DNA of 64,000 nucleotides, taken from NCBI RefSeq assembly GCF_963921235.1, contig NC_086097.1:187490001-187554000 (forward strand). Direction: 5' to 3'. This document shows, in pieces, positions 1 to 13,135 of this stretch. Made by a program: the position numbers and the translations under genes. The notes beneath the pieces were generated by a model. It saw only the letters and a program-made list of their open reading frames with translations, did not search any database and was not told the DNA's origin. Source of the stretch: Mobula hypostoma. Taxonomy: Eukaryota. The stretch's first letter is position 1. Each line of letters opens with the position of its first letter.

Positions 1-1200
1 TTTACAACCCTATCTACCTGTGATGCTACTTATAGGGAATTTTGTATCTGTATTCCCACTTCCCTCTGTTCCACTGCACTCCTCAGTGCCTTACCATTAA
101 CCCTGTATGTTCTACCTTGGTCTGTCCTTCCAACGTGCAATACCTCACACTTGTCTGTATTAAACTCCATCTGCCATTTTTCAGCCCATTTTTCCAGCTG
201 GTCCAAGTCCCTCTGCAGGCTCTGAAAACCTTCCTCACTGTCTACTACACCTCCAATCTTTGTATCATCAGCAAATTTGCTGATCCAATTTACCACATTA
301 TCATCCAGATCATTGATATAGATGACAAATAACAATGGACCCAGCACTGATCCCTGTGGCACACCACTAGCCACAGGCCTCCACTCAGGGAAGCAATTCT
401 CTACTACCACTCTTTGGCTGCTTCCATTGACTTAATGTCTAATCCAATTTACCACCTCTCCATGTATACCTAGCGACTGAATTTTCCTAACTAACCTCCC
501 ATGCGGGACCTTGTCAAAGGCCTTACTGAAGTCCATGTAGACAATATCCACTGCCTTCCCTTCATCCACTTTCCTGGTAACCTCCTCGAAAGGCTCCAAG
601 AGATTGGTCAAACATGACCTACCACAAAGTCATGTTGACTTTCCCTAATAAGTCCCTGTCTATCCAAATGCTTATAGGTTCTGTCTCTTAGTACTCCCTC
701 CAATAACTTACCTACTACCGACGTTAAACTTACCAGTCTATAATTTCCCAGATTACTTTTCCATCCTTTTTTAAACAACGGAACAACATGAGCCACTCTC
801 CAATCCTCTGGCACCTCACCTGTAGACAGTGACATTTTAAATATTTCTGCCAGGGCCCCTGCAATTTCAACACTAATCTCCTTCAAGGTCCAAGGGAACA
901 CCCTATCAGGTCCCGGGGATTTATCCACTTTAATTTTCCTCAAGACAGCAAGGACCTCCTCCTTTTCGATCTGTACAGTTTCCATGATCTCACTACCTGT
1001 TTCCCTTAATTCCATATAGACTTCATGCCAGTTTCCTTAGTAAATACAGACGCAAAAAACCTATTTAAGATCTCCCCCATTTCCTTTGGTTCTGCACATA
1101 GCTGACCACTCTGATCTTCAAGAGGACCAATTTTATCCCTTACAATCCTTTTGCTCTTAATATACCTGTAAAAGCTCTTTGGATTATCCTTCACTTTGAA
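1..1200 (-). mobile_element. CR1-type LINE ORF2 fragment (reverse transcriptase), disrupted
   Basis: ORFs 1006-1194, 608-1015 and 30-410 give KSPGPD, NYRLVSLTSVVGK, SGVPQGSVLGP and FADDTK motifs in different frames. Confidence 0.9.
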
Positions 1201-2357
1201 GCTATTTGGGCCTTGTGGTCTATGCTGACTATAGCATCGTCTGTGCTAATCCCAGTTGCTGTATTCAACACATAACCCTTCCCCCAACTCCATCCAAGTA
1301 CCTATTTGAATGCCTCTTAAAAATTGGAATTTTACGTTCCTCAATCATTTCCTCTGGCAACTCATTGCAGGCACTCACTACACTCTGTATAAAGAAGCTA
1401 CCTATCCAGTCACTTTTAAATAACTTCCCTCTTATCTTGTATCTGTGCCCTCTAGTTTTGGACTCCCCTACCCTGGAAAAGGACTATGACCGCCCGTAAT
1501 CATGCATGCCAAACAAATGAAGGTAATACATACCAAGGTCTTGGATCATATGCATATTACGAGGAAAGAGGTATTTGCAGCAGTGAAGCGCATTAAGGAG
1601 GACAAAACCCTAAGGCACTCCCAAGACCCTATGGGAGGCCAGGGAAGAAATTGCAGAGGCTCTTGTAGAGATGTTAGCTTCATCATTAGTCATTGCTGAA
1701 GTCCCAGAAGACTAGTGAGTGGCTAATATTGTTCCCTTGTTTTAAAAGGAGAGCAATGACAGGGCTAGGGAGTTACCTTCCTTACTGGAGGAAAATTACT
1801 AGAGGGAATTCTGATATACAAGATCTATTATCACTTGGATAATCAAGGCCTGATCAAGAAAAGTGAACATGGTTTACTTTATGGGAGGTCGTGCCTGACA
1901 AATCTTTTTGATATTTTCAAAGAGAAAGTAAGGGAATAAATGAAAGTTCGGTGGTTAATGTCATCTATAAGGACTCCCATAAAGAACTTTACAAAGTCCC
2001 ACATAGCAGGATGACCAGAAAGGTTAGGTCACATGGGGATTCAGAGGAACTAGTGTGTTGGGTTCGTAATTTGTTTGATGATAGGAAGTAATGGGTAATA
2101 GTTGAAGATCAATTCTTACCCAGAAGGTCTGTGACTAGTGGGTGGCCTGGGAGTCAATGCTGGTATTTCTGTTATTTATGTAAATGATTTGGTTATGAAT
2201 ATACATGATGTGATTAGCAAGTTTACTGATGATATTAAATTAGAGGATCTTGTTGATAGTCGAGCATAAGACCATAAGACAAAGGAGCAGAAGTAGGCCA
2301 TTTGGCCCATCGAGTCTGCTCCGCCATTTTATCATGAGCAGATCCATTTTATCCTAT

Positions 2358-4610
2358 TTAGTCCCACTGCCCCACCTTCTCACCATAACCTTTGATGCCC
2401 TGGCTATTCAGATACCTATCAATCTCTGCCTTAAATACACTCAATGACTTGGCCTCCACTGTTGCCCGTGGCAACAAATTCCATAGATTCACCACCCTCT
2501 GACTAAAAAAAATTTTTCGCATTTCTGTTCTGAAAGCGCGCCCTTCAATCCTGAAGTCATGCCCTCTCGTACTAGACTCCCCCATCATGGGAAACAACTT
2601 TGCCACATCCACTCTGTCCATGCCTTTTAACATTCGAAATGTTTCTATGAGGTCTCCCCTCATTCTTCTAAACTCCAAGGAATACAGTCCAAGAGCGGAC
2701 AAACATTCCTCATATGTAAACCCTCTCATTCCCGGAATCATTCTAGTGAATCTTCTCTGTACCTTCTCCAACGTCAGCACATCCTTTCTTAAATAAGGAG
2801 ACCAAAACTGCCCACAGTACTCCAAGTGAGGTCTCACCAGCGCCTTATAGAGGCTCAACATCACATCCCTGCTCCTATACTCTATTCCTCTAGAAATGAA
2901 TGCCAACATTGCATTAGCCTTCTTCACTACCGACTCAACCTGGAGGTTAACTTTAAGAGATTCCTGTACGAGGACTCCCAAGTCCCATTGCATCTCAGAA
3001 ATTTGAATTCTTTCTCCATTTAAATAATAGTCTGCCCGTTTATTTTTTCTGCCAAAGTGCATAACCATACAATTTCCAACATTGTACTTCATTTGCCACT
3101 TCTCTGCCCATTCTTCCAATCTATCCAAGTCTCTCTGCAGACTCTCCGTTTCCTCAGCACTACCGGCCCCTCCACCTATCTTGGTATCGTCAGCAAGCTT
3201 AGCCACAAAGCCATCTATTCCATAATCCAAATCGTTGATGTACAATGTAAAAAGAAGCGGCCCCAACACTGATCCCTGTGGAACACCACTGGTAACCAGC
3301 AGCCAACCAGAATAGGATCCCTTTATTCCCACTCTCTGTTTCCTGCCAATCAGCCAACGCTCTATCCACATATGTAACTTTCCTGTAATTCCATGGGCTC
3401 TTACCTTGTTAAGCAGCCTCATGTGTGGCACCTTGTCAAACGCCTTCTGAAAATCCAAATATACAACATCCACTGCATCTCCCTTGTCTAGCCTACTGGT
3501 AATTTCCTCAAAAGATTGTAATAGGTTTGTCAGGCAGGATTTTCCTTTAAGGAATCCATGCTGAGTTCTGCCTATCTTGTCATATGCCTCCAGGTACTCT
3601 GTAACCTCATCCTTGACAATCAACTCCAACAACTTCCCAACCACCGACGTCAAGCTAACAGGTCTATAATTTCCTTTTTGCTTCCTTGCCACCTTCTTAA
3701 ATAGTGGAGTGACATTTGCAATCTTCCAGTCCTCTGGAACCATGCCAGAATCTATCGACTTTTGAAAGATCATCACTAATGCCTCCGCAATCTCCACAGC
3801 TACTTCCTTCAGAACACGAGGGTGCATTCCATCTGGTCCAGGAGGTTTATCAACCTTTAGCCTATTCAGCTTCCTGAGTACTTTCTCTGTCGTAATTGTG
3901 ACTGCGCATACTTCTCTTCCCTGCCACCCTTGAGTGTCCAGTACCCTGCTGTCTTCCTCAGTGAAGACTGATGCAAAATACTTGTTCAGTTCCTCTGCCA
4001 TCTCCTCATCTCCCATTACAATTTCTCCAGTATCATTTTCTATCGGTCCTATATCTACTATCACTTGTCTTTTACTCTTTATATACTTGAAAACGCTTTT
4101 AGTATCCTCTTTGATATTATTTGCTAGTTTCCTTTCATAGTTAATCTTTTCTCTCTTAATGACCTTCTTGGTTTCCTTTTGTAAGGTTTTAAAGACTTCC
4201 CAATCCTCTGTCTTCCCACTAATTTTTGCTTCCTTGTATGCCCTCTCCTTAGCTTTAACTTTGGCTTTGACTTCTCTTGTCAACCACGGTTGCATCCTTT
4301 TTCCACTCGAAAATTTCTTCTTTTTTGGAATATACCTGTCTTGCACATTCCTCATTTTTCGCATAAACTCCAGCCACTGCTGCTCTGCCGTCTTTCTGGC
4401 CAGTGTCTCTTTCCAGTCAACTTTGGCCAGTTCCTCTCTCATGCCACTGTAGTTTCCTTCACTCCACTGAAACACCGACACATCAGATTTCGGCTTCTCT
4501 TTTTCTAATTTCACAGTGAATTCAATCATGTTATGATCACTGCCTCCTAAGGGTTCTTTCACCTCAATCTCTCCAATCACCTCCGGTTCATTACACAATA
4601 CCCAATCCAA
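2358..4610 (-). pseudogene. CR1 ORF2, 750-aa uninterrupted segment (end of endonuclease, RT, C-terminus)
   Basis: YLDFQKAFDKV, SGVPQGSVLGP, LADDTK; separated from the upstream endonuclease frames by a frameshift near 4610. Confidence 0.9.
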
Positions 4611-5214
4611 GTGGGCTCAACAACAAGCTGTTCTAAAAAGCCATCTCGCAGACATTCTACAAATTCTCTCTCTTGAGATCCAGTGCCGACCTGATTTTTC
4701 CAATCTACTCGCATGTTAAAATCCCCCACAATTATCATAACACTGCCCTTCTGACAAGCCTTTTCTATTTCCAGTTGTAATTTGTAGTCCACATCTCTGC
4801 AGCTGTTTGGAGGCCTATAAATAACTGCCATCAGGGTCCTTTTACCCCTGCTATTCCTTAGCTCAACCCATAAAGATTCTGCACCTTCCGATCCTATATC
4901 ACCTCTTTCTAATGATTTAGTATCATTTCTTACCAATTTCTTACCACGCCTCCCCCTCTGCCTACCTTCCTATCCTTCAGCTCCCAGAGACATGCATCCT
5001 TTAGCTAGGTCTCAGTGATGGCCACAATATCATACCTGCCAATCTGTAGCTGTACAACAAGATCATCCACCTTATTTCTTATGCTGCGTGCATTTAAGTA
5101 CAACACCTTAAGACCAGTATTTGATACTTTTTGCTTTGATTTCACTGCAACTTTATTGCACTGCAACTCATCCCAATGGCTACACATTTGCCCCATCACC
5201 TGCCTGTCTTTTCT

Positions 5215-5447
5215 TTTCTTTCTTTTTAAATCTTTTTATTGAGTAAGTATACAAAAAAGGTAAGCCATATAAACATTAATACAATGTTAAAGTATAATAA
5301 AATTCCAAAAGATAACAATACCAAAAAGAAAATACTACAAACAATGTAATTTAAGCATAAGAAACCAAGATAACATAATAGTATACTAGATTTTATATAT
5401 ATCAATGGAAAAAAAGAAAAAAACCCCCCAAAAAAAAAAACCACCGT
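5215..5447 (-). mobile_element. Short A-tailed retro-insertion (L1/Tx1-like 3' end) inside the CR1
   Basis: 14-bp TSD tgcctgtcttttct at 5201-5214 and 5448-5461; AATAAA plus A-rich tail on the minus strand. Confidence 0.7.
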
Positions 5448-5654
5448 TGCCTGTCTTTTCTGACATGTTGCAATGAACGGCAATGTGATCTTGATCAGTT
5501 ATGCAGATGTGCTGAGGAATGGCAATTTAATTTCAAATTATATAAGTGTGAGATGATGTACTTTAATTAGTTAAAGCAGGGTAGGTCATATTCAATGAAT
5601 GACAGGGCATTGACGAGTGTTGTGGAACAGAAAACCTGGGAATACATGTGTACA

Positions 5655-6897
5655 ACATACATCGAAGTTGCTGGTGAACGCAGCAGGCCGGGCAGCATCT
5701 CTAGGAAGTGGTACAGTCGACGTTTCGGGCCAAGACCCTTCGTCAGGACTCAGTAAGGTTGGAATGGGAACAAGGTGCGGTGAAGTCGAGACGGTTGATG
5801 TCCCGTCGGCAGTTAGCAATAAAGAGATCCAGAGCAGGCAGAAGACCGGAGCGGGGTGTCCATGAAGAGGAGGAGGGTTGAAGATGGGAGAAGGGGTCAT
5901 CGGTGGGGGTAGAAGAGTCCTTGCCGAAGAAGTAGGCTCGGAGACGGCTGAAGAAGAGTTCCGCATCATGGCGAACGTGGAACTCGCTGAGGTGTGGGCG
6001 AAGGGGTACAAAGGTGAGGCCCTTAGTGAGGACAGAGCATTCTGCCTCAGACAGTTGAAGGTCGGAGGGGATGGTAAAGACCCGGCACGGATGAGAGCTG
6101 GGATCAGAGGGGGGAGGGGGGAGGCTGGGGGTGTCAATGGAGAGGGGAGGGTTGGGGTGAGAGGAAGATGGAGCCTCTGAGGGCCCAGGAACTGACGGTG
6201 GGATCTGAGGGAGATGGGGTTGCAGAGTGGTGGTGGGGCAAGGGGAGACGGGAGTCACAGTAGCAGCACATAAAGATCCGGCCTGGAGTTCAAGGCTGGA
6301 GTCACAGTTGGTGATTGCGCAATCGCTGTGAAGGTGTCCATGGTCGTTGCTGGAGTCCAGGTTTTGAATATGCCCTGAGGTGCTGGAGCCGGTGAGATCA
6401 ATGGCAGCGGCCGCAATCTGAAATTCATGCCTGCTAGCGTCAGGGCCAGCAGGCTCTGGGGTCTGTGGATGTAAGATCTTGTGATCTTTGCCTAACATGA
6501 CAAAGTCAAAAAAACAGCGATTGCAGGCATGGATCCGACGGAGGGTGAAATAACGGGTAGGACCATTACAGACAGCGAAGAAAGTGTCCCGAAGGTGTGG
6601 AAGGGTCTGGGATAGGGACACCAAATACCTCCTCATGGTGGAGAGGGTCACCTTCAGAGCTTGATGGGAGAAGCGACGAGAGGCAGAGTCAATAAAATCT
6701 GAGTACCTGGGATCCTCAGAAGGTCCAAATTGAGAGGCTCGAAAACGAATCCTAAAGCCAACCCTGGGGTCTCGACCCAAAACGTCGACTGTACCTCTTC
6801 CTAGAGATGCTGCCTGGCCTGCTGCGTTCACCAGCAACTTTGATGTGTGTTGCTTGAATTTCCAGCATCTGCAGAATTCCTCGTGTTTACATTTTTA
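5655..6897 (-). mobile_element. Penelope-like element derivative: N-terminal ORF region only, flanked by inverted terminal repeats
   Basis: LSEAECSVLTKGLTFVP...FFSRLRAYF is typical of the PLE N-terminal region; inverted repeats at 5655-5750 and 6766-6850; TSD aatacatgtgtaca (5641-5654) / aatacatatgtaca (6898-6911). Confidence 0.85.
5715..5750 (-). ncRNA. Minimal type-I hammerhead ribozyme motif
   Basis: Minus strand reads AGUC CUGACGA AGGG UCUUGG CCC GAAA CG UC GACU; core intact. Confidence 0.85.
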
Positions 6898-7310
6898 AAT
6901 ACATATGTACAGTTGACTGAAAGCAGCCACACGAGTAGACAAGTAGACAGGTGTTTAGCATGCTGGCCTTCACCTGTCAAGGTATCGAGTTGAGGAATAG
7001 GGACATTATGCTGCAGATGTACAAGCTGTTGGTGAGGTCAAACTTGGAGTAATCTGTACTGTTTTGGTGACCCTGTTATAGGAAAAAACACTGCCAAGCT
7101 GGAGAGTGTGCAGAAGAGATTTATGAGGATGGTGTCTGGACTAAATATAGGGAATGGTTGGCCAAATGGGATCTGCATTCCCTAGAATATAGAAGAATGA
7201 ATGGTAACCTCTTAGAAATTTATAAAATTATACAAGATATCAATAACTTAGATAGTCATAACCTTATCCCTGGAGTTGGGAGGTCCAAAACTAGAGAGCC
7301 AAATATAAGG

Positions 7311-7970
7311 TAAGACCATAAGATATAGGAGCAAAATTAGGCCATTTAGACGATCGAGTCTGTTCAACCATTTCATCATGGCTGATCCAATTTTCCTCTC
7401 AGCTCCAATCTCCTGCCTTCTCCCTGTATCCCTTCATGCCCTGACAAATCAAGAATCTATCAACCTATGCCTTAAATATCCATAAAGACTTGGCCTCCAC
7501 AGCTGCCTGTGGCAAAGAATTCCATAGATTCTCTGCTCTCCAGCTATAGAAATTCCTCCTCATCTACGTTCTAAAAGGACACCTTTCTATTCTGAAGCTG
7601 AGGTCTTAGACTCTCCCATCATAGGAACCATCCTCTCCATTACCTTTCACCATTCGATAGGTTTCATTGAGGTCACCCCTCATTCTTTTAAATTCTAGTG
7701 AATACAGGCTGAAAGCCATCAAATGCTCTTCATGTGACAAGCCATTCAATCCTGGAACCATTTCTGTGAATCTCCTTTGAACCCCCTCTGCCGAAGTGCG
7801 TGACCATACACTTCTCGACACTGTATTCCATCTGCTATTTCTTTGCCCATTCTCCTAATCTGTGTAAGTCCCTCTGTAGCCTCTCTACTTCCTAAAACTA
7901 CCTGCCCCTCTACCTAGCTTCATATCATCTGCAAACTTTGCAACAAAGCCATCAGTTCCAACATCCAAAT
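7311..7970 (-). mobile_element. CR1 3' fragment with internal deletion
   Basis: Tail taagaccataagat; VQRRFTEMVPG and YSLEFKRMRGDL. Confidence 0.85.
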
Positions 7971-8048
7971 TACTTTGGTCCCTGAGGAACGTTGTTTAGT
8001 TTAGCTTCATATATGTGTACAGCTGAACGATCATAAACTTGAACTTGA

Positions 8049-9000
8049 TGCACATACCAAGGAACTTGAAGCTCTCTACCCTCTTCGCCTCAACACTGTT
8101 GATGCAGACATGACCTTGTACACCGGTCCCTTTCTGAACCCAATGACCAGCTCTTTTGTTGACTTCGTGGGAAAGGTCATGATGCCATGTCACCAAGCTC
8201 TCCATCTCCTTCCAGTTCTACAACTTATTGTTATTTGAGATGCAGCCCACTACAATGGTATCATCTGCAAACTTATAGATGGAGTTAGAGCAGAAGCTGG
8301 CCATGCAGTCATACGTGTACAGGGAATAGAGTAAAGGGCTGAGGATTCAACCTTGTGGAGCATCAGTGTTTAAAATGATCACAGGATGGAGTTGTAGAAG
8401 GAGGCATTAACTCCCCAGATCTGAAGCTTGGTTATGAGTCTGACTGGAACAATAGTATCGAAGGCAGAACTGTAGTCAATAAACAATAGTTGGATGTAAG
8501 TTTCTTTGCTTTCAGGTGCTCCAGAGATGAGTGTCAAGCCAGGGAGATAGCACCTGCCCTGAACTTGTTATGGTGGTAGTCAAACTTCAGTGGGCCTAAG
8601 TTATTTGGAAAGTTGGAGTTAATATGTGTCATGACCAGCCTCTCTAAGAACTTAATGATGGTAGGTGTTAAAGCCACTGGGAAGTAATCTTTAAGTAATC
8701 TTTAAGTAATCTTTCCTGGATATCAGGATGACAATGGTCTTCTTAAAGCAGAAGCCTGCAATAGGGAGAGGTTAAAAATGTCTGCAACTAACCCTACTAG
8801 CTGATCCACACAGGTTCTAAAGACAGAGCCAGAGACACCACAGAAACCCAATGTTTTCCATGGGTTCACCCTCCGAAAGACTGATCTTATATCTACACTG
8901 TGACTGTAGAATCAGGTGCACTGAAGACCGTCAAGGTGCATGATGACATACCCATTCCAATCTGTTCAAAATGTTAGCAGAATATTTTAAGCTTATCATG
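8049..9000 (-). mobile_element. Degenerate Rex1/Babar-type LINE fragment
   Basis: RVESFKFLG; decayed APQG/FADD region similar to the copies at 37-40 kb. Confidence 0.65.
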
Positions 9001-9243
9001 TTGCTACTTTTAGGGAGCTTTGGACTTGAACCCCAAGGTCCCTCTGTATATCAATGCTCCTAAGGGACCTGCAGTTTACTGTACAAATTCCTTCTACAGT
9101 AGGCATTCCAAAATTCAGCAACTTACACGACTCCATCTAAATTTCCAATTGATCTATATTCAGCTATATCTGGTGCAATTCCATCATTTTTGTGTCATTT
9201 ACAAACTTACTAATCAGACTACCTACATTTTCATTCAAATAAG

Positions 9244-9762
9244 TGTAACACCCCGGGAAAAGTTTCATTGCTACCATGGTGGTCTTTCTGTAGAAGCAGT
9301 GTTTGGGTTATGGTTAGAGATTACGGATGCTTTGGAATGTGATCTGGGTCTTTTGTTCAGTGTGAGAGGAAGAGAGAAGATGCTGGAGAGACCAGTCATA
9401 GGATACAACCCGGCCGGGAGATCGTGGTTCATTGGAGCCAGGTGGCAAGATCAACTGAGGATCGGTGAATTGAGCTCCAACTGCTGCACATTTGACTGCT
9501 TAATTATAATGGGCACTTTTTGTTTTTTCTTTATTTTCTTTACTAACCCTTTAGTTGAGATTCATAAATATAATTCCTTTAGTCGTATGCAGTTTGCTGT
9601 CTGTTGTTTCTTGGCACTGAGTTGTAACAGGGTTGCAAATTACACAGCATCCACACAAACCAGGGTATGGGGGTGGGAGAATGGTCCCAATCTCACGAGT
9701 TTGGCAGCACCGGAGTGTGCCTTCCCTTGAATAATGCAGCCAAGGAAACCGGTGGGGTTTCA
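9244..9762. mobile_element. Solo LTR (519 bp) inserted in an old CR1
   Basis: TG...CA ends with imperfect terminal inverted repeat tgtaacaccccgg / ccggtggggtttca; flanks taag/taac; CR1 sequence continues on both sides. Confidence 0.65.
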
Positions 9763-10033
9763 TAACTTTTATATAATTACAAACAACAGAGATCACATCA
9801 CTGATCCCTGCAGGACTCCACAGGTCAAAGGCCGCTCATCAGAAAATACACCCATCCACCATTACCTTCTGTTTTCTATGACAAAGCAAATTTTGACTCC
9901 AGTCTACCAAGTTTCCATGGATTCCATGTGTCTTAATCTTTTGGATCAGCCTACAATATGGGACCTTGTCAAATGCTTTACTGAAGTCCATATTAACAAC
10001 ATCCATTCTCCTCCCTTCAACAGTCATTTCCAT

Positions 10034-10402
10034 TCGTTCATTCATTCATTATGTGTTGTCTCATATGACATGGGTCATTCATGGTCTTTCCATGACCATG
10101 AATGTTCTTAGCAATTTTTTTACAAAAGTGGTTTGCCATTGCCTTCTTCTGGAAAGTGTCTTTATAAGACAGGTGACCCCAGCCATTATCAATAGTCTTC
10201 AGATATTATCTGCCTGGCACAGGCAAGTATTGTGATCTGCACCAGCTGCTCATATGACCACCTGCTCCCATAGCTTCATGTGACCCTGATCGTGAGGGGC
10301 TAAGCAGGTGCTACATCATGTCCAAGGGTGAGCTGCAGGTTAGTGGAGAGAAGGAGCACCTTATACCTCCTTTGGTAGAGACATATCTCCATCCGCCACC
10401 CA
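10034..10402 (-). mobile_element. Short RTE-related non-autonomous retroelement
   Basis: 9-bp TSD catttccat (10025-10033 / 10403-10411); (TGAA)n tail; gaaggcaatggcaaaccact motif seen in RTE/BovB-related elements. Confidence 0.6.
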
Positions 10403-10479
10403 CATTTCCATCACCTCTTCAAAAAACCTATACCAATTTTGAGATACATGATCTCCACCACACAAAGCCATACTGACTA

Positions 10480-13135
10480 TAAGAACATAAGAAATAGGAG
10501 CAAGAGTAGGCCATCCAGCCCATCAAGCCTGCCCCGGCATTCAATAAGATCATGGCTGATCTGTCTGTAAACTCAGCTCCATCTACCTGCCTTTTCCCCA
10601 TAACCCTTAATTCCCCTACTATGTAAAAATCTATCTAACTGTATCTTAAATATATTTAGTGAAGAAGCCTCAACTGCTTCCCTGGGCAGAGAATTCCACA
10701 GATTCACCACTCTCTGGGAAAAACAGTTTCTCCTCATCTTTGTCCTAAATCGTCTCCTCTGAATCTTGAGGCAATGTTCCTTATTTCTAGTCTCACCTAC
10801 CAATGGAAACAACTTTCCTACTTCTACCTTATCTATCCCTTGCAAAATTTTGTATGTTTCTATAAGATCCCCTCTTATTCTTCTGAATTCCAGAGAGTAT
10901 AGTCCCAGGTGACTCAATCTTTCCTCATAGCTTAACCCCATCATATCTGGAATCAATCTGGTGAACCTCCTCTCTACTGCCTCCAAAGCCAGTATATCCT
11001 TCCTCAAGTATGGAGACCAAAACTGCACACAGTCATCCAGGTGCAGCCTCACCAGTATCCTGTATAGTTGCAGCATGATCTCCCTGCTCTTGAACTCAAT
11101 CCCTGTAGCAATGAAGGCCAACATTCCGTTTGCCTTCTTAATAACTTGTTGTACCTGCAAGCCAACTTTTTGCAATTCATGAACAAGCACTCCCAAGTCC
11201 CTCTGCACAACAGCATGCTGCAATCTTTCACCATTTAAATAATAATCTACTCTTCTATTATTCCTTCCAAAGTGGATGATCTCCCATTTACCCAATGTTG
11301 TATTTCATCTGCCAGACCTTGGCCCACTCAATTAACCTATCTATATCCCTCTGCAAACTCTCCACATCCTCTGTACAATTTGCTTTTCCACTCAGTTTAG
11401 TGTCATCAGCAAATTTGACTACACTACACTCAGTCTCCTCTTCCAAATCATCGATGTAAATGGTACACAGCTGTGGGCCCACCACCGCATCCCACTCACC
11501 ACTGACTGCCAACTGGAGAAACACCCATTTATACCAACTCTCTGCCTTCTATCGGTTAACCAATCTACTATCCATGCCAATACACTTCCTCCGACTCCAT
11601 GCATCTGTATCTTATTTAGAAGTCTCTTGTGCAGCACGATATTGAATGCCTTCTGGAAATCCAAGTATACGACATCCACCTGTTCCCCTCTATCCACTGC
11701 ACTCATTATGTCCTCAAAGAACTCCAGTAAGTTTGTCAAACAGGACCTGCCCTTTCTGAATCTATGCAGTGTCTGTCTAATGGAACCACTCCTTTCTAAA
11801 TGTTTTGCTATTTCTTCCTTAATGACAGCTTCAAGCATTTTCCCAATTACAGATGTTAAGCTAACTGGCCTATAGTTGCCCATCTTTTACCCACACCATT
11901 TTTTAAAAAGCGGCATGACATTTGCTGTCTTCCAATCTGCCAGAGTCTAGAGAATTTTGGTAAATGATTACCAACGCATCTACTATAACCTCTGCCAATT
12001 CCCTCAGCACCCTGGGATGCATCTAATCAGGACCAGGGGACTTATCTACCTTCAGGCCCTTTAGTTTGCTCATCACTATCTCTTTAGTGACAGGGATTTT
12101 ATCGAGGTCCTCATCTCCCATTTCGTCCATAACATCATTCTTTGGCATACTAGACGTGTCCTCCACTATGAAGACAGACACAAAATGGCCGTTCAATGCC
12201 TCAGCCATTTCCTTACACCCAATATCAATATTCCCTTATCGTCTTCCAAGGGACCCATGTTAACTTTAGCCACATTCTTCCACTTTATATATTTATAAAA
12301 ACTTTTGCTATCTGTTTTTATATTTTGTGCTAATTTACCTTCATACTCTATCTTCCCTTTCCTTATTTCTTGTTTAGTTGTTCTTCGTTGCATTTAAAAT
12401 TTTCCCAATCCTCCAATCTCCCACTACTTTCTGTGATTTTGTACACATGAGTTTTTAATTTGATACTATTTTTATTTCCTTAGTTATCCAAGGCTGGCTC
12501 TCCCCACAGTTACTGTCCTTACTTTTGACTGGAATATACTTTTATTGAGTACTGTGAAAAATCTCTTTGAAAGTATTCCACTGTTCCTCAACAATCCTAC
12601 CAAATAGCCTATGCTCCCAAACCATATTAGCCAACTCTCCCTTCATCCAGTTGTAGTCTCCCTTGTTCAAGCATAGTCCACTAGTTTTAGGTCTAACTAC
12701 TTCATCCTCCATCTATACGCGAAATTCAGTCATACTATGATCTTTCTTTCCAGAGGATCTCTGACTACAAGATCATTAATCTTACCTATCTCATTGTGCA
12801 GGACTAAATCTAAGATAGCATTTTCCCTTGTAGGTTCACTAACAAGCTGTTCAAGAAAGCCATCACGGATGCATTCTATGAAATCCTCCTCAAGACTTCC
12901 TTGACCAACCTGATTCACCCAATCTATGTGGAAGTTAATATCTCCTATGACAACTGCTGTTCCATTCTTACAAGCCTCAGTTATTTCTTGGTTAATCGCC
13001 TCTGCCACTGCAATATTTTTATTAGGTGGCCTATAGACAACACCCACCAGTGATTTTTTTTTCCTGATCTCATCCTTAATTAAGAGCACCACCCCACCTC
13101 CTTTGCCTTCCTGCCTATCTTTCCGTATTACCTGA
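10480..13135 (-). mobile_element. CR1 LINE (endonuclease and RT), frameshifted; (TAAGAACA) tail
   Basis: ORFs 12730-13167, 12023-12393, 11419-11883, 11288-11524 and 10573-11295. Confidence 0.92.

Larger units (their letters stand above)
2265..5466 (-). mobile_element. Relatively young 5'-truncated CR1 LINE with APE endonuclease and RT; (TAAGACCA)-type tail
   Basis: Endonuclease motifs YLNARSIRNK, AITET, YRPP, GDFN and SDH in ORFs 5005-5199, 4577-4936 and 2358-4610; tail cataagaccataagac at 2265. Confidence 0.95.
1500..7310 (+). mobile_element. Old degenerate CR1 copy split into three pieces (about 1500-2264, 5467-5654, 6898-7310) by two later insertions
   Basis: RT-like coding runs to FTDDIKL..VDS at about 2260, resumes at about 5470 (CDLDQL..AEEWQ) and again after 6911 towards the CR1 C-terminus. 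Confidence 0.75.

Noticed and set aside
2587..4508. Many short antisense ORFs over LINEs, here and throughout the window
   Set aside because: They are shadow frames of CR1, Rex1 and Penelope coding sequence
8682..8714. (AAGTAATCTTT)x3 tandem repeat
   Set aside because: Local slippage within a decayed LINE; no spacers, so not CRISPR-like
9020..9730. 236-aa ORF
   Set aside because: It runs across antisense CR1 and solo-LTR sequence and has no recognisable domain
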